From assembly GCA_964367375.1 (NCBI GenBank), contig CAYIXG010000005.1, positions 1-32,000 of the forward strand: a stretch of 32,000 nt of DNA, read 5' to 3'. The position numbers and the translations under genes are program-made. The notes below the pieces were generated by a model. It made no database searches. It saw only the letters and a program-made list of their open reading frames with translations, and was not told the origin of the DNA. The DNA is from Candidatus Woesearchaeota archaeon (lineage in GTDB: Archaea > Nanobdellota > Nanobdellia > SCGC-AAA011-G17 > UBA489). Of the stretch, positions 1 through 7,548 are shown one piece after another (the first letter of the stretch is position 1; the number at the start of each line of letters is the position of its first letter).

Positions 1-2
1 GC

Positions 3-1064
3 AACACCTTCCTTGTTGGAAACAGCAGCTCATTCCCCTTAGTTATTGACACCACTGCTCCCACAGTGAACGTTACCTTCTTCAATGCAGATGATTCCAA
101 TGCTATTGCCACTGACAAATTTGGTGCAACCACCAGAGTCAAAGTCAGATGCCAACGATATGATCAACTTTCAGGCATTAACGAAACTAAAGTGCTCTTC
201 CGAAGGCCTGGAGAATCTGCACTCACCCAACTCCTGCTTGACACGACTAATGTTGTTGCTGCAGGAACTAGTTTGCAATCTTTAGATATCATCCTTGAAA
301 GTGTAGAAACAAGTGACCTCGGAACTTACTTTGTCATGTGCCAAGTGCATGATCGCGCAGGAAATATTCAACTTGCAACCAACGCAACCTTTGATATTGT
401 CACCCGAGTTGAAACTGGCGATAGCCCATTTGCAATACCCGGATTCAGAGAACCTATCTCCAAAACTATTGTCGGCGCAGGATCCATTGTCCACCTTGGA
501 GCACTTACTGACGAAGGATTTGCACGACTCATCTCTGAAACAGGAGCAGTCACTCTCACCATCAACAACGAAGACCACACCTTTACCGTTACTGATATTA
601 CAGACACAGACATCACCCTCCGCGTCACATCAGAACCCTTTGATGTAACCATCGCTGAAGGAGAAACTAAGGAAGTTGATGTTGACGCTGACGGCACCAA
701 TGATGTATCTATTAACCTCAACCTCATCTTCAAGAGAAAAGCAGACCTTATATTTACCCCCATCGAAGCTGGGGCAGGTCTACCACCTACTACACCAGCA
801 CCTTCACCACCTCCCACACCTCCACCTCCATCCAAACAAAAGATCTCATTCCCGCTCGTAGGAATTCTTATCGGAGCTATCGTTGTTGTACTCCTCATTT
901 TCCTCATCCTCAGATTTGCACGAAAGAGAGGAGAACAAGGGGGATTCATAGACAAACAGAACATTCAATTCAGTAGAAAAGACCTTGGCCTCAACACCGG
1001 CAACCAACCCTTTGGCGGCGACATTGAAGTTCCTCAACAACAACCTGGAAAACCCTTCTACTAA
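3..1064 (+). CDS. Cell-surface protein, C-terminal part (5' end lies upstream of the window): beta-rich ectodomain, Pro/Thr stalk, single C-terminal TM anchor
   Basis: Frame 3 is open from nt 3, with no stop before the GTG at 66 used by the ORF track, so the gene enters from upstream. It has a 'VIDTTAPTVNV' Ig-like domain-boundary motif and a PPTTPAPSPPPTPPPPS linker. A hydrophobic helix FPLVGILIGAIVVVLLIFLIL follows, then RFARKR (positive-inside). Confidence 0.6.
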   Translation, partial: NTFLVGNSSSFPLVIDTTAPTVNVTFFNADDSNAIATDKFGATTRVKVRCQRYDQLSGINETKVLFRRPGESALTQLLLDTTNVVAAGTSLQSLDIILESVETSDLGTYFVMCQVHDRAGNIQLATNATFDIVTRVETGDSPFAIPGFREPISKTIVGAGSIVHLGALTDEGFARLISETGAVTLTINNEDHTFTVTDITDTDITLRVTSEPFDVTIAEGETKEVDVDADGTNDVSINLNLIFKRKADLIFTPIEAGAGLPPTTPAPSPPPTPPPPSKQKISFPLVGILIGAIVVVLLIFLILRFARKRGEQGGFIDKQNIQFSRKDLGLNTGNQPFGGDIEVPQQQPGKPFY

Positions 1065-1103
1065 CTGAAACCTTTTAATAATACTCTTTCTTCCTCTCTT
1101 CTT

Positions 1104-1940
1104 ATGGCAACGAACGTCACGACAGAATACCAGCTTGCAGAAGAAGACTACCGCAATGCCAGAACCATCCCTGCAAAACTCGTTGCACTCTCCAAGATGC
1201 TGCAACTCGTTCCCAAACACAAAGCAAGCGAAAAACTCCAACAACAAATAAAACAACGCATCTCCAAACTCAAAGCAGCACAAGAAAAAGAAGCACAAAA
1301 AAAGAAAGGAGGGCACTCTCTTTCCATCAAAAAAGAGGGAGCAGCACAAGTTGTTCTCATCGGAACAACAAACACCGGTAAAAGCACCCTTCTCCATACC
1401 CTTACCGGAGCACATGTTGAGATTGCAAGCTATCCTTACACCACCACCATCCCTGAAGTAGGCATCATGGACTATAAAGGAGTGAAAATACAAATCATTG
1501 AACTGCCCGCCATCATCCCCTGCTATGGAGACACAAAAAACGGACCCACTTTTCTAGCCATTGCCAAACAGGCAGATCTCCTTATCATCTTCTTTCATTC
1601 CCCCCAAGAGAAACAACTTATTGATCGAGAAATAGCAGACGTTCACATTCCCAGACTTATTTACAATAACCAAAACGACTTTTCTCGAATTATCTGGGAA
1701 CACCTCAACCTCATCAAAATCTTCACCAAACAACCTGGTAAACCCGCAGAAAAACTTCCCATTGCGTTCCCAAAACACAGCACTGTCAATGATGTTGCCA
1801 CTCGCGTCCATAAAGACTTTCTCCACCATTTCAGATTTGCTCGCATCTTTGGAAAAAGCGCGAAATTCCAGGGACAAACTGCCGGCTTAGATCATGTCCT
1901 TGCGGATGATGACATCGTTGAACTTCACCTCAAAAAATAA
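1104..1940 (+). CDS. DRG/Obg-like GTPase with TGS domain (shortened G domain)
   Basis: Walker A is GTTNTGKS. A DRG-type segment reads IASYPYTTTIPEVGIMDYKGVKIQIIELP. The C-terminal TGS-like region reads KIFTKQPGKP...VHKDF...FARIFGKSAKFQGQTAGLDHVLADDDIVELHLK. A TATA-like ttttaataata lies at 1073-1083. Confidence 0.8.
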   Translation: MATNVTTEYQLAEEDYRNARTIPAKLVALSKMLQLVPKHKASEKLQQQIKQRISKLKAAQEKEAQKKKGGHSLSIKKEGAAQVVLIGTTNTGKSTLLHTLTGAHVEIASYPYTTTIPEVGIMDYKGVKIQIIELPAIIPCYGDTKNGPTFLAIAKQADLLIIFFHSPQEKQLIDREIADVHIPRLIYNNQNDFSRIIWEHLNLIKIFTKQPGKPAEKLPIAFPKHSTVNDVATRVHKDFLHHFRFARIFGKSAKFQGQTAGLDHVLADDDIVELHLKK

Positions 1941-1954
1941 TCTTCCTCCAAACA

Positions 1955-1962
1955 TTTATATG
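1955..1962 (+). promoter_or_regulatory. TATA-box-like element upstream of 1986 gene
   Basis: tttatatg is centred about 27 nt upstream of the ATG at 1986. The same spacing recurs at many genes in this window, which fits short-leader or leaderless archaeal transcripts. Confidence 0.45.
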
Positions 1963-1985
1963 CTTCTGAAGCTTTCTTTTATTCT

Positions 1986-2537
1986 ATGAGGAGCATCCTT
2001 TTTTCCCTCCTTATTCTCATCCTCCTTGGATGTGAACCTCGAGAACAAGAAGATTCTCTTGAAAATAATACTCCCTCTTCTCCATCCTCATCACGCAACA
2101 TTACACGACCTCCTCCCCGTGAAAACACCACAACACCCTCTCAACCCTCCCAGGAAACCAAACGATTAGAAGCAATCGGCTTTGGCATTTTCAACTATTC
2201 AGAATTGACACCCAGCACTTGTGACCCTTTTTTTGCATCCTATCAAGACCGCATCATTCAAAAAAGGGAAGACATTGAACGGCTTGAAGATCGGAGCAAA
2301 GACCATGCGTATCGCGTTGAACAGGCTGCGGAAGAACTTGCAGAAGCGCAGGCAAGCGGCAATAATAATGCTATCGATAGAAAAGAACGAAACCTTGAGA
2401 ATGAAGAAGACGAGCTTGAAATAATTAATGAAGAAATAGAAGACGAAGAAGATACTCTCAAAAAACATATCATCATCAAAGAAACTATTGAAAAAGAATG
2501 CGTCAAGCTCAAAGTGAAAGTTGGAAAAATTGACTGA
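1986..2537 (+). CDS. Putative secreted lipoprotein with acidic coiled-coil region
   Basis: The N-terminus MRSILFSLLILILLGC looks like a signal peptide with a lipobox-like LLGC. An S/P/T-rich linker follows, then a Glu/Asp/Lys-rich helical region (EDELEIINEEIEDEEDTLKK). No family recognised. Confidence 0.5.
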   Translation: MRSILFSLLILILLGCEPREQEDSLENNTPSSPSSSRNITRPPPRENTTTPSQPSQETKRLEAIGFGIFNYSELTPSTCDPFFASYQDRIIQKREDIERLEDRSKDHAYRVEQAAEELAEAQASGNNNAIDRKERNLENEEDELEIINEEIEDEEDTLKKHIIIKETIEKECVKLKVKVGKID

Positions 2538-2555
2538 TTTTTATTCTAGCTCAAC

Positions 2556-2563
2556 TTATATAA
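2556..2563 (+). promoter_or_regulatory. TATA-box-like element upstream of ogg2-type gene
   Basis: ttatataa ends 26 nt before the ATG at 2589. Confidence 0.45.
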
Positions 2564-2588
2564 ACCCTTTTTTCCTTTCATCTTTTTG

Positions 2589-3188
2589 ATGACTCTTTAT
2601 ACACTCTATCACGCAAAAAAACATGCAATTACAAAAAGACTCAACCAATTTAAGAACGTTTCACCAGATGATTATTTTTATGAACTCTGCTTCTGCTTGC
2701 TCACACCTCAAAGCAACGGAAAACGATGCGATGAAGCAGTGCAAGCGTTGATTGAAAAAGACTTTAAACATGCTTCTTTTCCTCTTCTTCCAATCATTCA
2801 ACACAAAACACGATTCCACCACACCAAAGCAAAACATCTTCTCCAGATGAAGCATCAATACTCTTCTATTCATTCAGTTTTTCTCAATGAAAAAGATCCT
2901 GCCACTCTTCGCATGTGGCTTGTGCAGCATGTCAAAGGCATCGGCATGAAAGAAGCGAGCCACTTCCTCCGCAATATAGGATTTACTGGACTCGCCATTC
3001 TTGACAGACATATCCTCAAAAACTTGCAACGATATAAATGCATCCCGGCACTTCCAAGATCACTTACCCAAAAGAACTATCTCGAGATAGAAGAAAAATT
3101 TATTCAATTCAGCAAGAATGTAGGTATATCCATGGATGAGCTTGACTTGCTCTTCTGGAGCATGGAAACAGGAGAAGTGTTCAAATAA
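2589..3188 (+). CDS. ogg: 8-oxoguanine DNA glycosylase/AP lyase, archaeal Ogg2 type (HhH-GPD)
   Basis: Ogg2-like motifs are LLTPQSNGKRCDEAV, VKGIGMKEASHFLRNIG and AILDRHILK. Length is about 200 aa. The ATG at 2589 is preferred over the TTG at 2586. The stop overlaps the next start (TAATG at 3186-3190). Confidence 0.75.
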   Translation: MTLYTLYHAKKHAITKRLNQFKNVSPDDYFYELCFCLLTPQSNGKRCDEAVQALIEKDFKHASFPLLPIIQHKTRFHHTKAKHLLQMKHQYSSIHSVFLNEKDPATLRMWLVQHVKGIGMKEASHFLRNIGFTGLAILDRHILKNLQRYKCIPALPRSLTQKNYLEIEEKFIQFSKNVGISMDELDLLFWSMETGEVFK

Positions 3189-3847
3189 TGGTCACTCAAA
3201 AAAATATCGTGAAAGTTCTTGACACCCTTCTGAAACAGAAACACCTCTTTAAACACACTGCGCTCACTGAAGTTTCCACACATTACAACACTCCTTTTCA
3301 TGTCCTTATCTCTTGCATACTGAGCCTCCGCACCAAAGACCAAGTCACCGGACCAGCATCTTTACGCCTCTTTCAACTCGCTGACACTCCTCAGAACATT
3401 TTGAAATTACATTTACATCACATCGAAAAAGCAATCTACCCTGTCGGCTTTTATAAAACAAAGGCGAAAACCATCAAACGAATCTGCACAACCATCCTCG
3501 AGAAACACAACGGAAAAGTTCCAGACACTCTTGAAGAACTTTTAACCCTAAAAGGTGTGGGAAGAAAGACTGCGAATATTGTTATGGTGTATGGACATGG
3601 AAAAGAAGGAATGCCTGTTGACACCCACTGCCACCGATGGCCCAATCGAATGGGTTGGATAAAAACAAAGACTCCAGAACAGACTGAAATGCAATTACGA
3701 GCCCTTATTCCTAAGAAATATTGGAAGATTTTCAATGATCTTATTGTACAATTTGGACAACACGTCTGCACACCCATCAGCCCCCACTGCAGCAGTTGCC
3801 CTATTCAGAAATATTGTCTTCAAATTGGAGTTATTAGAAATAGATAA
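3188..3847 (+). CDS. nth: Endonuclease III (DNA glycosylase/AP lyase)
   Basis: HhH motif LLTLKGVGRKTANIVM and PVDTHCHRWPNRMGW are present. The C-terminal Fe-S loop is C-x6-C-x2-C-x5-C (CTPISPHCSSCPIQKYC). Confidence 0.9.
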   Translation: MVTQKNIVKVLDTLLKQKHLFKHTALTEVSTHYNTPFHVLISCILSLRTKDQVTGPASLRLFQLADTPQNILKLHLHHIEKAIYPVGFYKTKAKTIKRICTTILEKHNGKVPDTLEELLTLKGVGRKTANIVMVYGHGKEGMPVDTHCHRWPNRMGWIKTKTPEQTEMQLRALIPKKYWKIFNDLIVQFGQHVCTPISPHCSSCPIQKYCLQIGVIRNR

Positions 3848-3866
3848 TGAACTTATTTTTCGTTTC

Positions 3867-4328
3867 TTACACCATAATAACGTTGTTTGTCTCGATACTT
3901 TCTTGCACTGCGCCTCCAATGAGTGGCGTGTAAAAGGTTGGACCATTCGGATTCACGATAAAATCAGCGTAAATAGCCGTGCTTAACATTGTGGATGATG
4001 GAGTTGTCAATCCAAATATAAAAACTCCCCCTGGTTGAAGAGTAGGAACTGCTTGATATTGTGGATAAAAACCAGCAATACCACCAACACTGGTGAAACC
4101 AGCAGCAGTTGTTGGAAGCGCTGGACCTTTCCCTCTATTAGTAATCGTGACTACAACAAATTGACCAGAACGAATCGCAGACACTACCAATTCAGGGAGC
4201 GAATTCTCGAACACTTTTCCTGTCGGCGCCTTTACATTTGGAGGAGACACGAACAACGAAAATGCGAGAATGCCCCCTATTATAAGTACTATCATTGTGA
4301 TCGAAGAATCCTTCCTCTTTTCAACCAT
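3867..4328 (-). CDS. Membrane-anchored/secreted protein with CARDB-like domain
   Basis: Start moved to the internal ATG at 4328 (MVEKRKDSS...). On the minus strand, tttatatat lies about 22 nt upstream of it. An N-terminal TM helix (ITMIVLIIGGILAFSLFV) is followed by PTGKVF. CARDB-like strings are PELVVSAI...VVVTITNRGKGPA and FIVNPNG...ESIETNN. Confidence 0.5.
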   Translation of the reverse strand: MVEKRKDSSITMIVLIIGGILAFSLFVSPPNVKAPTGKVFENSLPELVVSAIRSGQFVVVTITNRGKGPALPTTAAGFTSVGGIAGFYPQYQAVPTLQPGGVFIFGLTTPSSTMLSTAIYADFIVNPNGPTFYTPLIGGAVQESIETNNVIMV

Positions 4329-4442
4329 CTTTAATTTCTTGTATATTATATATAAAAAGTTTATGATACCACGCATCCTCACCTATTCACAACCCTTATA
4401 AAGAAGTTCCTCTTCCCGCATCCTATCAGAAGGAGGTGGCGT

Positions 4443-4835
4443 ATGAGTGTTGTTACTTATAGCGGACTCAAAAAACTCGATGCCAATGACGCTTCACAAC
4501 TCAAAACTCTTGTTGAACACTACATGGAGAAAATAGAGCGCGTCTTCCCTTACTTTGACCTCCTTTTCCACACCAAAGTCCATAAGCCGGAAGGAAGAAT
4601 AAAATATTCCTTTCACGGCCGCATTGATGCACCAAGCGTTGTATTAACGAGCGAAGCGAGCGATTGGGACCTTGCACGTACAGTGCACAAAGTCATGAGG
4701 AAACTTGAAAATGAAGCACGAAAAAAATACAAAATTGGTGGCCAAAAACAGGAACGCTTCCACCCCAAAAAAGCAAAACGAGGCACGGATGTGCGGGTCA
4801 AACTCAAACTGCGCAGGCGAGCACAACTCCTATGA
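4443..4835 (+). CDS. Small alpha/beta protein resembling HPF/RaiA (S30AE) ribosome-associated factors, with a basic C-terminal tail
   Basis: A GGAGGTG Shine-Dalgarno-like sequence lies at 4431-4437. By eye the protein aligns to HPF: an N-terminal strand-helix VTYSGLKKLDANDASQLKTLVEHYMEKIER, and C-terminal SEASDWDLARTVHKVMRKLENEARKKYK (compare E. coli HPF ...AEGQDMYAAIDGLIDKLARQLTKHK). It is a paralogue of 24973-25269. Confidence 0.45.
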   Translation: MSVVTYSGLKKLDANDASQLKTLVEHYMEKIERVFPYFDLLFHTKVHKPEGRIKYSFHGRIDAPSVVLTSEASDWDLARTVHKVMRKLENEARKKYKIGGQKQERFHPKKAKRGTDVRVKLKLRRRAQLL

Positions 4836-5170
4836 AACAAGTCATTCTTGTCAGAAAAGACTTGAAAATGCCCAAGGGGAAACTCGCTGCCCAAGTTGCG
4901 CATGCAAGCGTCCATGCGGTTCTGAAGGCAGATAAAAAAGCATTGAATGCGTGGCTGCATGCCGGAGCAACCAAAATTGTGGTGTGGGTGCATGGGAAAG
5001 CAGATCTTTCTGTCCTCATTACAAAAGCGGACAAGCTCAAGTTGCCTACATCTCTCATCATGGATGCTGGCAAAACCTTCTTCAATAAACCGACAATGAC
5101 TTGCGGAGCAATAGGACCTGGAGATGACAAGCGCATTGACACGATCACTGGAAATCTTTCTTTACTCTAA
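4832..5170 (+). CDS. pth2: Peptidyl-tRNA hydrolase, archaeal/eukaryotic type
   Basis: Motifs are KMPKGKLAAQVAHASV and DAGKTFFNKPTMTCGAIGPGDDKRIDTITGNLSLL, on a 112-aa protein. The start overlaps the upstream stop (ATGA at 4832-4835). Confidence 0.92.
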   Translation: MKQVILVRKDLKMPKGKLAAQVAHASVHAVLKADKKALNAWLHAGATKIVVWVHGKADLSVLITKADKLKLPTSLIMDAGKTFFNKPTMTCGAIGPGDDKRIDTITGNLSLL

Positions 5171-5233
5171 TTTTTACCCCTTTTAAGTTACTAAAATAGG
5201 AAAGTTTATAAATTGTCATCTTTAACCCTTTTT

Positions 5234-6031
5234 ATGCCCTCTTACTCTCTTGAAACTGTTCGCAAAATGAGCACCGACCGGCTCACTGCATTGAACTCTG
5301 ATTTAGTTCGATATGCAGTTGAAGGCCAAGATGCTGCTCTTTATGGACTTCTCGTTGAGCGATTAGGATTATCTATTAATCACCCCCTTCTTTACGAACG
5401 CTTTCAAACAGATTTTGGCAACCATCACTCACGAACGCCCCTTCCCCAATCCTCAGTTCTCCCTTTTACAGCAACCCATCACCACAACTTTGGCATTACC
5501 CAAGCAAAAAACCTTGAAACTTCTCTTACTGAACAAGGATTGCGATGGTTCTTTTATGGCATCAGAAATGCACCTGACATTCCTGCAGGACTTCTTGATG
5601 TGTTGCACCCAAAAGCGGAAATTATTGACCTTTATATTGGTATATGGAAAAACAAATTCAGACACAAAGATACGGAAGAACCACGCACTTTCCCTCCTGA
5701 AACTTTTGTTATAGAAGCTGCACGCATTATTACCCTTGGAAACTCGTTCCAACACGAATACTTGAATGGAAATAACGCCCTCTCTGGCTTTGATGCATCA
5801 TCACTACATCCTTTACCAGCACGCCTTGCAACAGTTCCAGACAAAGATCAAGATCAATTCATGACAGCACTTGGAAGAAAAACTCTTCTCCCCATGTGGA
5901 GAGAAAAAGGAGAATGGCACGGCCATGGATTCATGGTATCTCCACGCAAAAAAGGACAATTTAATGCACACGCGTACGCACTTGCAATTTATAGACACTT
6001 CAAAGAGAAAGAAGAAAAACTTCTTCACTAA
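5234..6031 (+). CDS. Hypothetical cytoplasmic protein
   Basis: Long ORF with uniform coding look. The ATG at 5234 is preferred to the TTG at 5213 because tttataaa (5203-5210) lies about 25-30 nt upstream of it. No motif recognised. Confidence 0.55.
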   Translation: MPSYSLETVRKMSTDRLTALNSDLVRYAVEGQDAALYGLLVERLGLSINHPLLYERFQTDFGNHHSRTPLPQSSVLPFTATHHHNFGITQAKNLETSLTEQGLRWFFYGIRNAPDIPAGLLDVLHPKAEIIDLYIGIWKNKFRHKDTEEPRTFPPETFVIEAARIITLGNSFQHEYLNGNNALSGFDASSLHPLPARLATVPDKDQDQFMTALGRKTLLPMWREKGEWHGHGFMVSPRKKGQFNAHAYALAIYRHFKEKEEKLLH

Positions 6032-7188
6032 TCCTCATTCTTTCCTGTAGACTCAGCAACACACTTGCACATTCCTCCAACATTATTACAATTTGGTTTC
6101 TCTGGAGGACAAGGCCCATTACAGAAACCTCCTAGTCCTGGAGGATTTCCCTCACATGATGGAGCAGGAGGAGCAACACACACACAATTTTGACAAGTAT
6201 TTGGCGCTGTGCACAACTTTCCTAAATTATTAATACATGTTCCCTGTGCATTTCTTGTTCCACACTGCGCTCCTGGAGAACCCGGCGCAGGACCAGTTGC
6301 TCCTGCAGGGCTAAGCGTCCAGCCACCATATCCTGTTGGCGTAGGCGCCTTCCCTGTCTGTGTGACTTGCGTAAGACCTTGTTCTGTCAACGGATTTCCT
6401 GGAGGAAGCGTATTCCCACAGTGGCTATTTGTAATCGTCTGAATAATTAATGTATACAATCGCATAAACTCTTTTAGAATTTGATTCGTTGCACCCTTCA
6501 TAAATGTTGCATATTGTAACCTTTCTAATATTTCATTAAATTGTGGTAGCCACTCATTGATAAACACCAGATTTAAACTTGGAGGCAAACGATATCCTGG
6601 ACCACCTGGAAGATTCCAATACGCACCCTGCCCTCCAAATCCTGGAAGACTCATAATCCAACTCGCCAATTGCGGCGTTAACACAAAAAAATTCTGCCCA
6701 TTAAAATTCATCAACGCAGCTGCAAAAGGATCAACCAGCCTCCCACCTATCAAGCTATGTAACGCATTTTTATACTGATCACTTAAACTATTTAATTCGT
6801 TATTAATTGCATTTATCTGATTTTGCCAGTATCCAACATCATATGCAAGCATCACCATATATGGCTCGAACACATACAACACTAATTGTAGTGTTGTTGT
6901 TCCTGTACACCCTGTTGAGAACACTCCTGGAAGAATGATTAATTGTCCACCAAATGTTGTTGCAAATAAATTAAGTACACCCAATTGATCCAGAATGCCG
7001 TTTAACTGAGGAAAATTTCCTTCTGTTGGAAAGAAAGGACCATTTGGAGGTGCTGTTAAACTGTTTCCTGAAGCACTCAGAGCTACTTGTTTTCCCGTAT
7101 ATGAACTATCTAAAAAAATGATTCCTATCGCAACAGCGACAAAAATGCCTATAATAAGAATACTTTTTGTCTCACTCTTTTTTTCCAT
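6028..7188 (-). CDS. Secreted/anchored protein: N-terminal TM helix plus YTGKQV motif, and a C-terminal 78-aa 12-Cys domain
   Basis: N-terminus is MEKKSETKSILIIGIFVAVAIGIIFLDSSYTGKQV. The C-terminus CGTRNAQGTC...CNGPCPPEKPNCNNVGGMCKCVAESTGKNED is paralogous to the C-terminus of 8338-9852. A minus-strand TATA (tttttatac) lies about 30 nt upstream. Confidence 0.75.
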   Translation of the reverse strand: MEKKSETKSILIIGIFVAVAIGIIFLDSSYTGKQVALSASGNSLTAPPNGPFFPTEGNFPQLNGILDQLGVLNLFATTFGGQLIILPGVFSTGCTGTTTLQLVLYVFEPYMVMLAYDVGYWQNQINAINNELNSLSDQYKNALHSLIGGRLVDPFAAALMNFNGQNFFVLTPQLASWIMSLPGFGGQGAYWNLPGGPGYRLPPSLNLVFINEWLPQFNEILERLQYATFMKGATNQILKEFMRLYTLIIQTITNSHCGNTLPPGNPLTEQGLTQVTQTGKAPTPTGYGGWTLSPAGATGPAPGSPGAQCGTRNAQGTCINNLGKLCTAPNTCQNCVCVAPPAPSCEGNPPGLGGFCNGPCPPEKPNCNNVGGMCKCVAESTGKNED

Positions 7189-7344
7189 TCTTTTTTAGAG
7201 AGTTTTGCTTGTATAAAAACATATCTCCTTTTATTTGGATACTTTCATATACTTCTCTTCTTCATTTTGTTCTTATCATGAGGTGTGACTGACGTGCTTT
7301 TTTTTACCTAAAAGATTTCTTACACGCACATTCTTTTTTTTTGA

Positions 7345-7500
7345 ATGATCTTTCTTCTTCTTTCTTTGCCGTTGAGTGTGGCACAGCCAGGTGTGCTTGT
7401 ACCTCTTGTACCACAAACATGCCAAACAATAGGAACCACATGCCAATGCAAAGGCACCACCACATCCACCAAAGAAGCCAGAAAACAAGAAAACAGATAA
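7345..7500 (+). CDS. 51-aa mini-ORF (not in ORF track): signal-peptide-like N-terminus joined to the C-terminal C-x6-C-x-C tail of the 504-aa protein. Either a small secreted peptide or a deletion remnant.
   Basis: Hand translation gives MIFLLLSLPLSVAQPGVLVPLVPQTCQTIGTTCQCKGTTTSTKEARKQENR*. The N-terminal half matches the signal region of 8338-9852 (LLLSSVPFGVAQPGTLAPPV), with 19 of 23 nt identical around ccgtt..gtgtggc.ca.ccagg. The C-terminal half contains a 55-nt exact copy of 9765-9819. Confidence 0.4.
   Translation: MIFLLLSLPLSVAQPGVLVPLVPQTCQTIGTTCQCKGTTTSTKEARKQENR
7410..7464 (+). repeat. 55-nt exact direct repeat, copy 1 (partner 9765-9819)
   Basis: accacaaacatgccaaacaataggaaccacatgccaatgcaaaggcaccaccaca is identical at both sites. 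The next roughly 35 nt are similar but diverged. Confidence 0.95.
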
Positions 7501-7548
7501 CTATAAATACTTCTTTTCTGTTTCAATATAACTAAAAGGTGAAAAAAT

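Noticed and set aside
846-1493. 215-aa minus-strand ORF, and the similar 368-964 minus-strand ORF, overlapping the surface-protein tail and the DRG gene
   Set aside because: These are antisense shadows of two well-supported plus-strand genes. The products are Cys/Phe-rich and low-complexity with no motif or start-site signals.
7276-7488. Minus-strand ORFs 7276-7488 and 9550-9801 that share the peptide start MACGSYCLACLW
   Set aside because: The shared peptide is just the reverse-complement reading of the 55-nt repeat. The plus-strand frames give the conserved Cys-module proteins, so the minus frames are artefacts.
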